The notes below the pieces were generated by a model. The model was not told where the DNA came from, made no database searches, and saw only the letters and a list, made by a program, of their open reading frames with translations. From Sneathiellales bacterium (GTDB lineage Bacteria > Pseudomonadota > Alphaproteobacteria > JANQFL01): a stretch of 64,000 nt of DNA. Below, in pieces: positions 11,106 through 22,652 of the stretch. Made by a program: the position numbers and the translations under genes. Within the stretch, counting starts at the first letter, position 1. Each line of letters begins with the position of its first letter. The stretch lies in the NCBI GenBank assembly GCA_028277845.1, contig JANQFL010000094.1, positions 26,791 through 90,790 of the forward strand, written 5' to 3'.

Positions 11106-11594
11106 TCATCTGTAAGGGGCGTCGGCGCGCAAGTTGGCCGCGATTTCCCGCTCCCAACGGTCCCCGTTGGCGAGCAGTTTCTGTTTGTCGTACATCAGTT
11201 CCTCGCGGGTCTCGGTGGCGAACTCGTAATTCGGTCCCTCGACGATGGCGTCAACCGGGCAGGCCTCCTGACAGAAACCGCAGTAGATGCACTTGGTCAT
11301 ATCGATGTCGTAGCGGGTGGTGCGCCGGCTGCCGTCGGGACGCGGTTCCGCCTCGATGGTAATGGCCTGGGCCGGGCAGACCGCCTCACAAAGCTTGCAG
11401 GCGATGCAGCGTTCCTCGCCGGTGGCGTAACGGCGCAAAGCGTGTTCGCCGCGGAAACGTGGACTCAACGGGCCCTTCTCGTAGGGGTAGTTGATGGTCA
11501 CCCGCTTCTTGAACATGTAGCGGAACGTCAGCCACATGCCCGACACCAGTTCGGTCAGGAATATGGTTCGGGCCGCTCGATCGAAAAATGCCAT
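11106..11594 (-). CDS. nuoI: NADH-quinone oxidoreductase subunit I
   Basis: Two 4Fe-4S motifs: [12 protein letters not shown] and [12 protein letters not shown]. Confidence 0.97.
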   Translation of the reverse strand: MAFFDRAARTIFLTELVSGMWLTFRYMFKKRVTINYPYEKGPLSPRFRGEHALRRYATGEERCIACKLCEAVCPAQAITIEAEPRPDGSRRTTRYDIDMTKCIYCGFCQEACPVDAIVEGPNYEFATETREELMYDKQKLLANGDRWEREIAANLRADAPYR

Positions 11595-11623
11595 AGCTCT
11601 CGCCTATCCGCTCGCCTTATCCG

Positions 11624-12655
11624 TCAGCCGGCCTGAGGCACCAGGTCGAAGGCCACCAACACACCGGCCGTCAGTGCCACCCCGAACAACGACAAAGGCA
11701 GAAACACCTTCCAACCCAAACGCATCAACTGGTCGTAACGGTAACGGGGGAAGGTCGCCCGCACCCAAACGAAAAAGTAAAGCAGGATGAGGATCTTGCC
11801 GAAAAACCATATCCAGCCCGGTATCCAATTGAACGGTGCGATATCGATCGGCGGCAGCCAGCCACCCAGGAACAGCACCGCCGTCATGGCGCTCATCAAA
11901 ATGATGTTGGCGTTTTCACCCAGGAACAAAAGGGCGAAGGTCATGGACGAATATTCGACCTGATATCCAGCCACCAGCTCCGCTTCCGCTTCCGGCAAGT
12001 CGAAGGGATGGCGGTTGGTTTCCGCCAGGGCCGAGATGAAGAAAATAACGGCCATCGGGAACAGCGGGATGACGAACCACACGTTCCTCTGAGCCTCGAC
12101 GATGTCGCTCAGGTTCAGTGATCCGACAATCAACAGCACCGTAACGAGGATGAAACCGATCGAGACTTCGTAGGATACCATCTGGGCGGCGGATCGCATC
12201 GCGCCGAGAAAGGCATAGCGTGAGTTGGACGCCCAGCCCGACATGACAATGCCGTAAACACCAAGCGACGAAACGGCAAACAGGTACAAAACGCCGACAT
12301 TGATATTGGATAGCACCACGCCTTCATCGAACGGGATCACCGCCCACGCCACCAGGGCAAGCGTGAAGGTAATCATCGGCGCGATGATGAATACCACCTT
12401 GTTGGCACCGGACGGGACGATCGTTTCCTTGACGAACAATTTGAGACCATCGGCAAAGGCCTGCAAAAGACCGAATGGCCCGACCACGTTCGGTCCCATG
12501 CGCAGGTGCATGGCGGCCATGACCTTGCGCTCGAACCACGTGAACATGGCAACCGCCACCAAGAGTGGCACGACGATGGCCAGGACCAGCAGCAGCAGAA
12601 TGATCAGCGGCCAGAGGTAGTCGAACCAGAGAAGAGTCCAGGAAAACTCAGCCAT
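11624..12655 (-). CDS. nuoH: NADH-quinone oxidoreductase subunit H
   Basis: ERKV...[32 protein letters not shown]. Confidence 0.96.
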   Translation of the reverse strand: MAEFSWTLLWFDYLWPLIILLLLVLAIVVPLLVAVAMFTWFERKVMAAMHLRMGPNVVGPFGLLQAFADGLKLFVKETIVPSGANKVVFIIAPMITFTLALVAWAVIPFDEGVVLSNINVGVLYLFAVSSLGVYGIVMSGWASNSRYAFLGAMRSAAQMVSYEVSIGFILVTVLLIVGSLNLSDIVEAQRNVWFVIPLFPMAVIFFISALAETNRHPFDLPEAEAELVAGYQVEYSSMTFALLFLGENANIILMSAMTAVLFLGGWLPPIDIAPFNWIPGWIWFFGKILILLYFFVWVRATFPRYRYDQLMRLGWKVFLPLSLFGVALTAGVLVAFDLVPQAG

Positions 12656-14711
12656 CGGTGCCCGTCGCCTTTTCGCTGTGATCGCCGATTTCGGCCGAAC
12701 ATTGCGCCATGGTGGCGCTCGCCCGGCAGATCGGGTTGGTCATGTAGTAGTCCGAGACGGGGCTGACGAACGGCTCGGCGGCCATGTCGCCGCTCAGTCC
12801 GAACGTTCCCCAATTCCCCGTGGCAATGACATCGGCATCCGCCAGATGAGCCGCATCCTGGGCCATGGCCGCCCGCAGTTGGGGCAGCGAGTCATAAGGC
12901 AGCGTGTGTCCGACCGCCGCCGACAAGGCCCGCACGATGGTCCAGTCCTCGCGGGCGTCGCCCGGTGGGAAGGCCGCCCGGTATCCCATCTGCACCCGGC
13001 CTTCCGTATTCACCCAGGTGGCGTTTTTCTCGGTGTAGGCGGCACCCGGCAATATGACGTCGGCCCGGTGTGCACCCGCGTCGCCGTGGCTGCCCAGGTA
13101 GATGACGAAGGCGTCGCCGAGACGGCCGGTATCGATCTCGTCGGCACCGAGCAGCCAGACCACGTCGATCCCGCCGCCGGCGGCGCCTTCGAGGATGGCG
13201 TTCGTGCCCTTGCCGCCCTCGCCCGGAACGAAGCCGATGTCCAGACCGCCGACCCGGGCCGCCGCCGTGTGCAGCACGTTGAAGCCGTTCCAGCCGTCGG
13301 CGATCATGCCGGTGTCCTCGGCGATCTTGCGCGCCGCAGCCAGCACGGCAGCGCCGTCGGTACGGGCCAACGCGCCCTGACCGACGATCAGCATCGGCCG
13401 TTCGGCGTTCTTCAGGGTCTCGATGAACGGATGATGTCCCGAGGCCAATTGCGACAGAGTTTCGGTGCCGTCGCCCAGATGATCGACTTTATAGGTCAAG
13501 TCGGCATCGGGGCCGACCGAGGCGATCGGGAAGCCGCCGGCCAGCCAGCGCTTGCGCAAGCGGGCGTTGATCAGCGCCGCTTCGTGCCGGGGATTGGTCC
13601 CGATCAACAGGCAGGCATCCGCCTCCTCGATCCCCGCGATGGTGGTGTTGAACAGATAGCTCGCCCGGCACGACGGATCCAGCGCCGCGCCATCCTGCCG
13701 GCAATCCATATTGGTCGAACCCAGGGCCGTCATCAGATCCTTCGCCGCCTTCATGGATTCGGTGCACGCCAAGTCGCCGGCAATGGCGCCGATCTTGCTG
13801 CCGTCAAGGCCCGCGAGTTTCCCGGCAATGGCGGCGAACGCTTCGTCCCAAGTGGCCGGCGCCAGCTTGCCGTTGGTCCGGACATACGGCCGATCGAGGC
13901 GCTGGCGCTTCAGACCGTCATAGGAAAAGCGGCCTTTGTCGGAAAGCCATTCCTCGTTCACGTCCTCGTTCAGACGCGGCAGAACCCGCATGACCTCGCG
14001 GCCACGGGTATCGACCCGGATATTGGAGCCGACCGCGTCGTGCACATCGACGGTTTCAGTCTTGCGCAGTTCCCATGACCGGGCCGTGAAGGCGTAGGGC
14101 TTGGACGTCAAGGCGCCGACCGGGCACAGGTCGATGACGTTGCCCGACAATTCCGACGCGATGGCCTTTTCCAGATAGGTCGTGATCTCGGTATCCTCGC
14201 CGCGTCCGACGGCGCCCATGTCGTCGACACCGGCGATTTCCGATGAAAACCGCACGCAGCGCATGCAGTGAATGCAGCGGGTCATCACCGTCTTGACGAG
14301 CGGCCCCATGTACTTCTCTTCGACCGCACGCTTGTTTTCGTCGAAGCGGCTCGAACCGCGGCCGTAGGCCATGGCCTGGTCCTGCAGGTCGCACTCGCCG
14401 CCCTGGTCGCAGATCGGGCAATCGAGGGGGTGGTTGATGAGCAGGAACTCCATCACCCCTTCGCGGGCCTTTTTCACGGTCTCGGTGTTGGTGTGGATCA
14501 CCATGCCGTCGCCGGCGGGCATGGCGCAGGACGCGACCGGCTTGGGCGCCTTTTCCATTTCCACCAGGCACATGCGGCAATTGCCGGCGATGGACAGGCG
14601 CTCGTGGTAACAGAACCGGGGAATTTCAGCTCCGGCTTCTTCGCACGCCTGTAGAACGGTGGCGCCCGGTTCGACCGTGACCTCTTTTCCGTCGACCGTA
14701 AGTGTCGGCAT
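12648..14711 (-). CDS. nuoG: NADH-quinone oxidoreductase subunit G
   Basis: PRFCYH...[34 protein letters not shown]. Confidence 0.97.
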   Translation of the reverse strand: MPTLTVDGKEVTVEPGATVLQACEEAGAEIPRFCYHERLSIAGNCRMCLVEMEKAPKPVASCAMPAGDGMVIHTNTETVKKAREGVMEFLLINHPLDCPICDQGGECDLQDQAMAYGRGSSRFDENKRAVEEKYMGPLVKTVMTRCIHCMRCVRFSSEIAGVDDMGAVGRGEDTEITTYLEKAIASELSGNVIDLCPVGALTSKPYAFTARSWELRKTETVDVHDAVGSNIRVDTRGREVMRVLPRLNEDVNEEWLSDKGRFSYDGLKRQRLDRPYVRTNGKLAPATWDEAFAAIAGKLAGLDGSKIGAIAGDLACTESMKAAKDLMTALGSTNMDCRQDGAALDPSCRASYLFNTTIAGIEEADACLLIGTNPRHEAALINARLRKRWLAGGFPIASVGPDADLTYKVDHLGDGTETLSQLASGHHPFIETLKNAERPMLIVGQGALARTDGAAVLAAARKIAEDTGMIADGWNGFNVLHTAAARVGGLDIGFVPGEGGKGTNAILEGAAGGGIDVVWLLGADEIDTGRLGDAFVIYLGSHGDAGAHRADVILPGAAYTEKNATWVNTEGRVQMGYRAAFPPGDAREDWTIVRALSAAVGHTLPYDSLPQLRAAMAQDAAHLADADVIATGNWGTFGLSGDMAAEPFVSPVSDYYMTNPICRASATMAQCSAEIGDHSEKATGTDG

Positions 14712-14752
14712 TCGTTACTCCCTCAGTGCCCGGCCCGAGTACCCAGCGGGTA

Positions 14753-16032
<1,280 letters not shown>

Positions 16033-16033
<1 letters not shown>

Positions 16034-16638
16034 CAGGACGCCCCTTTCTGGTCCAGCAACGTGGTCGGACCACCGGCCGGTTCGGTCAGACGGCGGCTTC
16101 CCTGCGGACCGGGCTTGGGCGTCTCGCCCCGTTTCAGCGCATTCAGAACACGTTCGGTCGAATCGGCGTCCAGGTCCTCGTAATAGTCGTCGCCGATTTG
16201 CATCATCGGCGCGTTGACACAGGCGCCGAGGCACTCGGCCTCGACCAGCGTGAACTTACCGTCCGGTGTCGTGCCGCCGAGCGAGATACCAAGGGTTTTC
16301 TCGCAGGCCTTGACGATGTCGTCGGACCCACGCAGCCAGCATGGCGTCGTTGTGCACACCTCGACCAGGTTCTCACCGACCGGTTCCAGATTGTACATGG
16401 TGTAGAACGTGGCGACCTCGAGCGCACGGATCGACGGCATATCCAACATGTCGGCGACATATTCGATGGCCTTCCGGGGCAGCCAGCCGCCGTTCTGGCG
16501 CTGCGCCAGATCGAGCAGCGGCATCACCGCGCTGGCTTGGCGGCCATCCGGATATTTGGCGACGTGGGCCTTGGCCTTGTCCATGTATTCGGGCGTGAAG
16601 GCAAAGCTCGCCGGTTGATGGTCGGTCGTACTACTCAT
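16033..16638 (-). CDS. nuoE: NADH-quinone oxidoreductase subunit E
   Basis: [21 protein letters not shown]. Confidence 0.96.
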
Positions 16639-17813
16639 CGGTCTATCTCACCGAAAACGATGTCCTGGGTGCCGATCACCGCAACGGTGTCGGCCAGCAT
16701 GTGGCCCCGGGTCATGAAATCGAGGCCCTGCAGATGGGGGAAGCCCGGCGCCCGGATCTTGCAGCGATAGGGTTTATTGGAACCATCCGACACCAGATAG
16801 ACACCGAACTCACCTTTCGGCGCCTCGATGCCCGTGTAGGTCTCACCGGCCGGCACGTGCATGCCTTCGGTATACAGTTTGAAGTGATTGATCAGCGCTT
16901 CCATGGAGCGCTTCATTTCGCCCCGGCTGGGCGGGCCGATCTTGCCGTCCTCGATCATCACCGGACCGTCGGGCAGCTTATCGAGGCACTGGCGCATGAT
17001 GGAAAGGCTCTGACGCATCTCCTCGATGCGGCACAGATAACGGTCGTAGCAGTCGCCGTTCTTGCCGACGGGGACGTCGAATTCCAACTCGTCATAGACT
17101 TCGTAGGGCTGGGCCTTGCGCAAATCCCAGGCGGCGCCGGATCCGCGCAGCATGACGCCGGAAAAACCGCGTGAGATGGCGTCGTCGATGGACACCACAC
17201 CGATGTCCACGTTGCGCTGCTTGAAAATGCGGTTTTCCGTCAACAGGCCTTCGATGTCGTCGATGACCGCCGGGAACGTGTCGCAGAATTCATAGATGTC
17301 TTCCGCCAGGCCGCGCGGCATGTCCTGATGCACGCCGCCGATGCGGAAATAGGCCGCGTGCATACGGGCGCCGGAGACACGTTCATAGAACTCCATCAAC
17401 CGTTCGCGTTCCTCGAACCCCCACAGCACGGGCGTCATGGCGCCCACATCCATGCCCTGGGTGGTGACGTTGAGGATGTGATTGAGGATGCGGGTAATCT
17501 CGCTGAACAGCACCCGGATGAACCTGGCGCGGGGCGGAATCTCGGCGCCCAGGAGCTTCTCCGCCGCCAGAATAAAGGCATGCTCCTGGCACATCATTGA
17601 AACGTAATCGAGCCGGTCGAAATACGGAATCGACTGCAGATAGGTCTTGTGTTCGATCAGCTTCTCGGTGCCGCGGTGCAGCAGTCCGATATGCGGGTCG
17701 GCCCGTTCCACCACCTCGCCGTCCAGCTCGAGCACCAGGCGCAGAACGCCGTGGGCCGCCGGGTGCTGCGGTCCGAAGTTGAGGCTGTAGTTGCGGATTT
17801 CGACTTCTGCCAT
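16635..17813 (-). CDS. nuoD: NADH-quinone oxidoreductase subunit D
   Basis: [27 protein letters not shown] end; start at ATG 17813. Confidence 0.96.
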   Translation of the reverse strand: MAEVEIRNYSLNFGPQHPAAHGVLRLVLELDGEVVERADPHIGLLHRGTEKLIEHKTYLQSIPYFDRLDYVSMMCQEHAFILAAEKLLGAEIPPRARFIRVLFSEITRILNHILNVTTQGMDVGAMTPVLWGFEERERLMEFYERVSGARMHAAYFRIGGVHQDMPRGLAEDIYEFCDTFPAVIDDIEGLLTENRIFKQRNVDIGVVSIDDAISRGFSGVMLRGSGAAWDLRKAQPYEVYDELEFDVPVGKNGDCYDRYLCRIEEMRQSLSIMRQCLDKLPDGPVMIEDGKIGPPSRGEMKRSMEALINHFKLYTEGMHVPAGETYTGIEAPKGEFGVYLVSDGSNKPYRCKIRAPGFPHLQGLDFMTRGHMLADTVAVIGTQDIVFGEIDR

Positions 17814-17817
17814 GGTC

Positions 17818-18438
17818 TCAGCCTTCCCCGCTTTCTGCCTGCTCGGCCTTCTCGTCGCCGGGCAGAACATATTGCGCGCCTTCCCACGGGCTCATGAAAT
17901 CGAATGAGCGGAATTCCTGGGTCAGTTTGACCGGTTCGTAGACCACGCGTTTCTGTTCGTCGTCGTAACGGACTTCGACATAGCCCGTCAGCGGGAAATC
18001 CTTCCGCATGGGGTGGCCGTCGAAACCATAGTCCGTCAGCAGCCGCCGCAAATCGGGGTGGTCCGAGAACATGATGCCGTACATGTCCCAGGCCTCGCGC
18101 TCGTACCAATCGGCGTTGACGAACACCGGGACAACCGACGGGACCGGTGTTTCCTCGTCGGTCCGGACCTTGACCCGCACCCGCTGGTTCACTGTGTGAG
18201 AGAGCAAGTTGTAAACCACCTCGAACCGTTGCGGCCGGTCCGGATAGTCGACCCCGCAAATGTCGACCAGGCTGCGAAACTGGCAATTGGAATCATCGCG
18301 CAGATAGGTCAGGACCCGGACAATGAACTCGGGCCGGGTAAGTATCATAAGTTCGCCGAAGGCTACATTGACCTCGATCACCTCTTGCGGCAGCGCCGCA
18401 CCGATGTAATCGCCAAGTTCGCTAAGCGCCTCGTCCAT
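17818..18438 (-). CDS. nuoC: NADH-quinone oxidoreductase subunit C
   Basis: [31 protein letters not shown]. Confidence 0.96.
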   Translation of the reverse strand: MDEALSELGDYIGAALPQEVIEVNVAFGELMILTRPEFIVRVLTYLRDDSNCQFRSLVDICGVDYPDRPQRFEVVYNLLSHTVNQRVRVKVRTDEETPVPSVVPVFVNADWYEREAWDMYGIMFSDHPDLRRLLTDYGFDGHPMRKDFPLTGYVEVRYDDEQKRVVYEPVKLTQEFRSFDFMSPWEGAQYVLPGDEKAEQAESGEG

Positions 18439-18463
18439 ACCGGTTCACTTGCTCTGGTAAACG

Positions 18464-19012
18464 TTATCGGGTGATGGTGCCGGTGCGGCGGATTTTCTTC
18501 TGCAACTGCAGAATTCCGTACACCAGCGCCTCGGCGGTCGGCGGACAGCCCGGAACATAGACATCCACCGGAACGATCCGGTCGCAACCCCGCACGACCG
18601 AATAGGAATAGTGATAGTAGCCGCCGCCATTGGCGCAACTGCCCATGGAGATGACATAGCGCGGCTCGGCCATCTGGTCGTAGACCTTGCGCAGCGCCGG
18701 CGCCATCTTGTTGGTCAGCGTACCGGCCACGATCATCAGATCGGACTGGCGCGGGCTGGCCCGGGGTACGACCCCGAAACGGTCCAGGTCATAGCGCGGC
18801 ATGGACGCATGCATCATCTCCACGGCGCAGCAGGCCAGTCCGAAGGTCATCCACCACAACGAACCCGTCCTGGCCCAGTTGACCGCCTTGTCCAGTTCTG
18901 TAACGAGAAAGCCCTTGTCGGCCAGTTCAGCCGAGAAGCCCTGCATCATCGGATCGGCGGAAGAGTCCTGCACAAAACCCGCGGCGCCGCCAGGTGCATC
19001 GGTTACTCCCAT
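18464..19012 (-). CDS. nuoB: NADH-quinone oxidoreductase subunit B
   Basis: [26 protein letters not shown]; start placed at ATG 19012. Confidence 0.95.
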   Translation of the reverse strand: MGVTDAPGGAAGFVQDSSADPMMQGFSAELADKGFLVTELDKAVNWARTGSLWWMTFGLACCAVEMMHASMPRYDLDRFGVVPRASPRQSDLMIVAGTLTNKMAPALRKVYDQMAEPRYVISMGSCANGGGYYHYSYSVVRGCDRIVPVDVYVPGCPPTAEALVYGILQLQKKIRRTGTITR

Positions 19013-19368
19013 TCCAACGCTCCCTTCTTCCACTCGTAAATGAAGCCGATGGTGAGGATCCCGAGGAAGATCATCATCGACCAGAAGCCGAACACGCCGA
19101 TCTCCCCAAGCGATACGGCCCAGGGGAACAGAAAGGCGACTTCCAAATCAAATATGATGAAAAGAATCGCGACCAGATAGAACCGCACGTCGAACTGGCT
19201 GCGGGAATCGCCGAACGATTCGAACCCGCACTCGTAAGACGTCAGTTTTTCCTGATCGGGATGTTGCCGCGCGACGATATAGGACGCGACGACAATTACC
19301 AAAGAAAGACCGATTGCGACGGCCAGGAAAACCAAGAGCGGCAAGTACTCGCTCAACATCGCTTGCAT
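19003..19368 (-). CDS. nuoA: NADH-quinone oxidoreductase subunit A
   Basis: [24 protein letters not shown]. Confidence 0.96.
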   Translation of the reverse strand: MQAMLSEYLPLLVFLAVAIGLSLVIVVASYIVARQHPDQEKLTSYECGFESFGDSRSQFDVRFYLVAILFIIFDLEVAFLFPWAVSLGEIGVFGFWSMMIFLGILTIGFIYEWKKGALEWE

Positions 19369-19681
19369 CGTATCACCCCTGACCTGCCAGGACAGCCACC
19401 CAAAACCACCGGAAATCGTATATAGCGCGTGTTATTGGCTCCGATGGCCATAGATATTGGGCGCTTGAGCAGAATCGCGCGCAGTATAGGACTGGTTAGC
19501 CACAATTCAAGGACTGATTGCGCATTCCTCCCGCAGTCATTTCGCGCCACTCCGACTGCCCACCCAGGCACCCAAATATCGATCAAATTCCTCACCCCTT
19601 TGTGATGGCCGTCACTGCGGCAACGGCGCCGAAAGGGTGCAATAGGCTCACCAAGAAACGAACAATGTCGGTCCGGGAGCC

Positions 19682-19903
19682 ATGCAGAATATTTCGAACA
19701 TCCGCTTTGAAGTCGTTGTCTTTAATCAAGAAGTGCAGCAGATGCTGAAAGATGGACAGCATCATCCGCATCTGGATGACCGATGGGCGTTGAAACAGAC
19801 CCATCACCTGTTTGCACACGATGAGACGGACGCCCGCAGCAAAGCCATTAGGCGCTACCCGCGCGCCAAGGGTTTCGTCATCGAGCGTTTGTCGCGGTGC
19901 TGA
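19682..19903 (+). CDS. Small hypothetical protein (73 aa)
   Basis: GGGAG RBS before ATG; protein-like FEVVVFNQEV...HHPHLDDRWA...RYPRAKGFVIE; only credible ORF in this gap. Confidence 0.65.
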   Translation: MQNISNIRFEVVVFNQEVQQMLKDGQHHPHLDDRWALKQTHHLFAHDETDARSKAIRRYPRAKGFVIERLSRC

Positions 19904-19959
19904 CTTCGCGTACAAACACCGAAAACCGGCACAACATCTTCAAAGAAATGGGAAAAAGG

Positions 19960-20036
19960 TGGCGGGAGTGACGGGACTCGAACCCGCGGCCTCTGGCGTG
20001 ACAGGCCAGCGCTCTAACCAACTGAGCTACACCCCC
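19960..20036 (-). tRNA. tRNA-Asp(GTC)
   Basis: Cloverleaf GGGGGTGTAGCTCAGTTGGTTAGAGCGCTGGCCT-GTC-ACGCCAGAGG...TTCGAGT...CCA. Confidence 0.97.
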
Positions 20037-20052
20037 TGGTAAGGAGACGCAC

Positions 20053-20081
20053 GGTTTAGTCCTTCGGCCAACGGGTGTCAA
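20053..20081 (-). promoter_or_regulatory. Putative sigma70 promoter of tRNA-Asp
   Basis: TTGACA-N17-TAAACC on the minus strand just upstream of the tRNA. Confidence 0.55.
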
Positions 20082-20324
20082 GCGCGATCCCCAACTTCAA
20101 TCGATTTCAATAATTTTCCATCAAATCACGTTCGTTTTCACAATTTCCTAGTGTGAAACACATCCCTCGCGTAGAGTATGTGCATTGACGGCTCGGGGAT
20201 CGATTGTATCGCGTACCGAAGTCACCTTCCCCGGGCTCAATTAGCGGATGCGCAACCCCGCGCAATCCACCGGTGAAACAACACCTCATCGGATTAATCT
20301 ATTCCGCGAAGGGGGAGGAAACGA

Positions 20325-20630
20325 ATGAGACTACCTATATTTGCCGTCGTTCTCGCTGGGGCCGTCGGCATGAGTTTGATCTCCGGTCAAGCCACGGCCG
20401 ACAGCATGAACTCCACGATGCTGGCGAATCCATGCGCCGGGTGTCATGGCACCGACGGAAAAAGCAAGGGCGGCATGCCCTCGATCGCCGGGAAATCCGT
20501 GCGGTTCATTTCCAAGGCGCTCAAGGATTTCCGTGCCGGTAGCCGCAAGGGCACGGTGATGCAACGCATCGCCAAAGGTTATACCGACGCCCAGATCGAC
20601 GAACTTGCCAAATACTACAGCGGCAAATAG
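20325..20630 (+). CDS. fccA: Monoheme c-type cytochrome subunit of flavocytochrome c sulfide dehydrogenase (FccA-like)
   Basis: Signal peptide, single CAGCH heme motif, distal Met in TVMQRIAKGY, strong RBS, directly upstream of fccB. Confidence 0.85.
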   Translation: MRLPIFAVVLAGAVGMSLISGQATADSMNSTMLANPCAGCHGTDGKSKGGMPSIAGKSVRFISKALKDFRAGSRKGTVMQRIAKGYTDAQIDELAKYYSGK

Positions 20631-20645
20631 GACGGGAGAGCAATC

Positions 20646-21932
20646 ATGAAAAAAACCATTTCCCGCAGAACTTTCGGAAAAATCACCGGCGCCGCTGCGG
20701 CCACGTCGGCCATCGGATTGAACGCCTGCGCCGGCGGCAAAATGGCCAAAGCCAGGGTCGTCGTGATCGGCGGCGGTTTCGGCGGCGCGACGGCGGCCAA
20801 ATATGTCCGCAAGCTCGACCCGTCGATCGATGTCACGTTGATCGAGCCGAAGAAGAAATTTGCCACCTGCCCGTTCAGCAATACGGTCATTGCCGGCATG
20901 AACGACATGGAGTTCATTTCCCACGGCTATGACGCCCTGCGGAAGAACTCGGGTGTCAACGTGGTGCACGATATGGTGACGGCCGTCGATCCGGCGAAGA
21001 AGTCGCTGAAACTGGCCGGCGGTGGATCGATTCGATACGAGAAACTGATTATGTCGCCCGGGATCGACTTCAAGTACGGCGCTGTCGAGGGCTACAGCAT
21101 GGAAGCGTCGCTCAAGGCGCCGCATGCCTGGAACGGCGGGCCGCAGACTTTGTTGCTGCGTGATCAGTTGCACGCCATGCCCGACGGCGGAACCTTTATC
21201 ATGGCCCCACCGCCGAATCCGTTCCGCTGCCCGCCCGGGCCGTACGAACGGGTCAGCCTGGTTGCCCATTACCTGAAGACCAACAAGCCCAAGTCGAAGA
21301 TCCTGATCCTGGACGCCAAGGCCAAGTTCTCGAAACAGCCTCTGTTCATGGAAGGCTGGAATGCGCTCTATGGCGACATGATCGAATGGGTGTCACTCGA
21401 CAACGGCGGCAAGGTCATCAGAGTTGATACCAAGTCGATGTCTGTCGAAACCGACTTCGATACCCACAAGGGCGACGTCATCAACTTCATTCCGGCGCAA
21501 AAGGCGGCGGCGATCGCCCATGCGGCCGGCGTCACCGATGACAGCGGCTGGTGCCCGATCAACGGTGCGACCTTCGAGTCCAAGCTGCAAAAGGACATTC
21601 ACGTCATTGGCGACGCGTCCATCGCGTCGCCTTTGCCGAAGTCCGGTTTTGCCGCCAACAGCGAAGGCAAGGCCTGCGCCGCGGCCGTGGTTCGTGCGCT
21701 CGGCGGGAAGGACTACGGCGAGCCGTCGATGATCAATACGTGCTACAGCCTGGTGGCGCCCGACTACGGCATCTCGGTCGCCATGGTCTATGGTTTCGCC
21801 GACGGCAAGATCACCAAGGTCAAGGGCTCCGGCGGTGTCAGCCCGAAAGGCGCGGCCAAGTCGTTCCGCCGCGACGAAGCGCGCTATGCGCGCGGCTGGT
21901 ACGCCAGCATCGCGTCCGATATTTGGGGGTGA
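20646..21932 (+). CDS. fccB: Flavocytochrome c sulfide dehydrogenase flavoprotein (FccB/SoxF family)
   Basis: Tat motif SRRTFGK, GGGFGG FAD-binding motif, TCPFSN, PFRCPPGPYER, PKSGFAANS, NTCYS. Confidence 0.92.
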   Translation: MKKTISRRTFGKITGAAAATSAIGLNACAGGKMAKARVVVIGGGFGGATAAKYVRKLDPSIDVTLIEPKKKFATCPFSNTVIAGMNDMEFISHGYDALRKNSGVNVVHDMVTAVDPAKKSLKLAGGGSIRYEKLIMSPGIDFKYGAVEGYSMEASLKAPHAWNGGPQTLLLRDQLHAMPDGGTFIMAPPPNPFRCPPGPYERVSLVAHYLKTNKPKSKILILDAKAKFSKQPLFMEGWNALYGDMIEWVSLDNGGKVIRVDTKSMSVETDFDTHKGDVINFIPAQKAAAIAHAAGVTDDSGWCPINGATFESKLQKDIHVIGDASIASPLPKSGFAANSEGKACAAAVVRALGGKDYGEPSMINTCYSLVAPDYGISVAMVYGFADGKITKVKGSGGVSPKGAAKSFRRDEARYARGWYASIASDIWG

Positions 21933-21963
21933 TACGCACCGACAATCGGTTGGACGATTGACG

Positions 21964-21996
21964 AAGGAAACGGGGGCCATGCTCCCGTTTCTTTTT
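21964..21996 (+). terminator. Rho-independent terminator after fccB
   Basis: GAAACGGGGGC-CAT-GCTCCCGTTTC followed by TTTTT. Confidence 0.7.
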
Positions 21997-22036
21997 GCCG
22001 CGATGTGCGAGACGCTGACGAATACCGAAGGGAAAA

Positions 22037-22112
22037 TGGTGGGCGGTGACAGGGTCGAACTGCCGACTTCCTCGGTGTAAACGAGGCGCTCTACCAGCTG
22101 AGCTAACCGCCC
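22037..22112 (-). tRNA. tRNA-Val(TAC)
   Basis: GGGCGGTTAGCTCAGCTGGTAGAGCGCCTCGTT-TAC-ACCGAGG...TTCGAC...CCA. Confidence 0.97.
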
Positions 22113-22169
22113 AAAACGGGTCCGCAACGCGAGCCCCGATTCCGGTGTCTTATATCAACAACCGGAACA

Positions 22170-22210
22170 AAATAAAATGCCGGCCGCCTTGCAGGCGGCC
22201 GGCATCTTTT
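22170..22210 (-). terminator. Rho-independent terminator after the HU gene (likely bidirectional)
   Basis: ATGCCGGCCGCC-TTGCA-GGCGGCCGGCAT stem flanked by A/T tracts. Confidence 0.8.
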
Positions 22211-22226
22211 GATCTCGCAAAGAAAC

Positions 22227-22499
22227 TTAGTTCACGGAAGCCTTGAGGTTCTTGCCAGCTTTGAACTTGGGTTGCTTCGACGCCGGGATCTGAATCTTCT
22301 CACCGGTACGAGGATTGCGACCCTCGGATGCTGCGCGCTGAGTCACGCTGAATGTGCCGAAGCCGACCAAGCGGACTTCGTTGCCTTTGGCCAGTTCGCC
22401 GCTGATCGTATCGAAAACACAATCGACCGCCTTGGCGGCATCGGCTTTGGACAAATCGGCATTGTCGGCGACTTGCGCGATGAGATCATTTTTGTTCAC
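22227..22499 (-). CDS. hup: DNA-binding protein HU
   Basis: MNKNDLI, VGFGTF, GRNPRTGE, PKFKAGK. Confidence 0.96.
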   Translation of the reverse strand: MNKNDLIAQVADNADLSKADAAKAVDCVFDTISGELAKGNEVRLVGFGTFSVTQRAASEGRNPRTGEKIQIPASKQPKFKAGKNLKASVN

Positions 22500-22561
22500 G
22501 TGGCGCCCCCTCTTAATTGGGATAAATGAAGACGAAAAAACTTTGGTGTTAGATCGCAGGC

Positions 22562-22590
22562 AGTCTAATGGGGCGCTCAGAACGCGTCAA
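22562..22590 (-). promoter_or_regulatory. Putative sigma70 promoter of the HU gene
   Basis: TTGACG-N17-TAGACT on the minus strand. Confidence 0.6.
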
Positions 22591-22652
22591 AGGGAAATGC
22601 TTAATTATCCCCAGGTTTTTGCCGTTTCTGAGCGCCTTTTTGACGACTGTGA

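Noticed and set aside
19592..19915. Minus-strand 107-aa ORF upstream of nuoA
   Set aside because: It overlaps the better-supported plus-strand ORF that has an RBS, and has no motif of its own.
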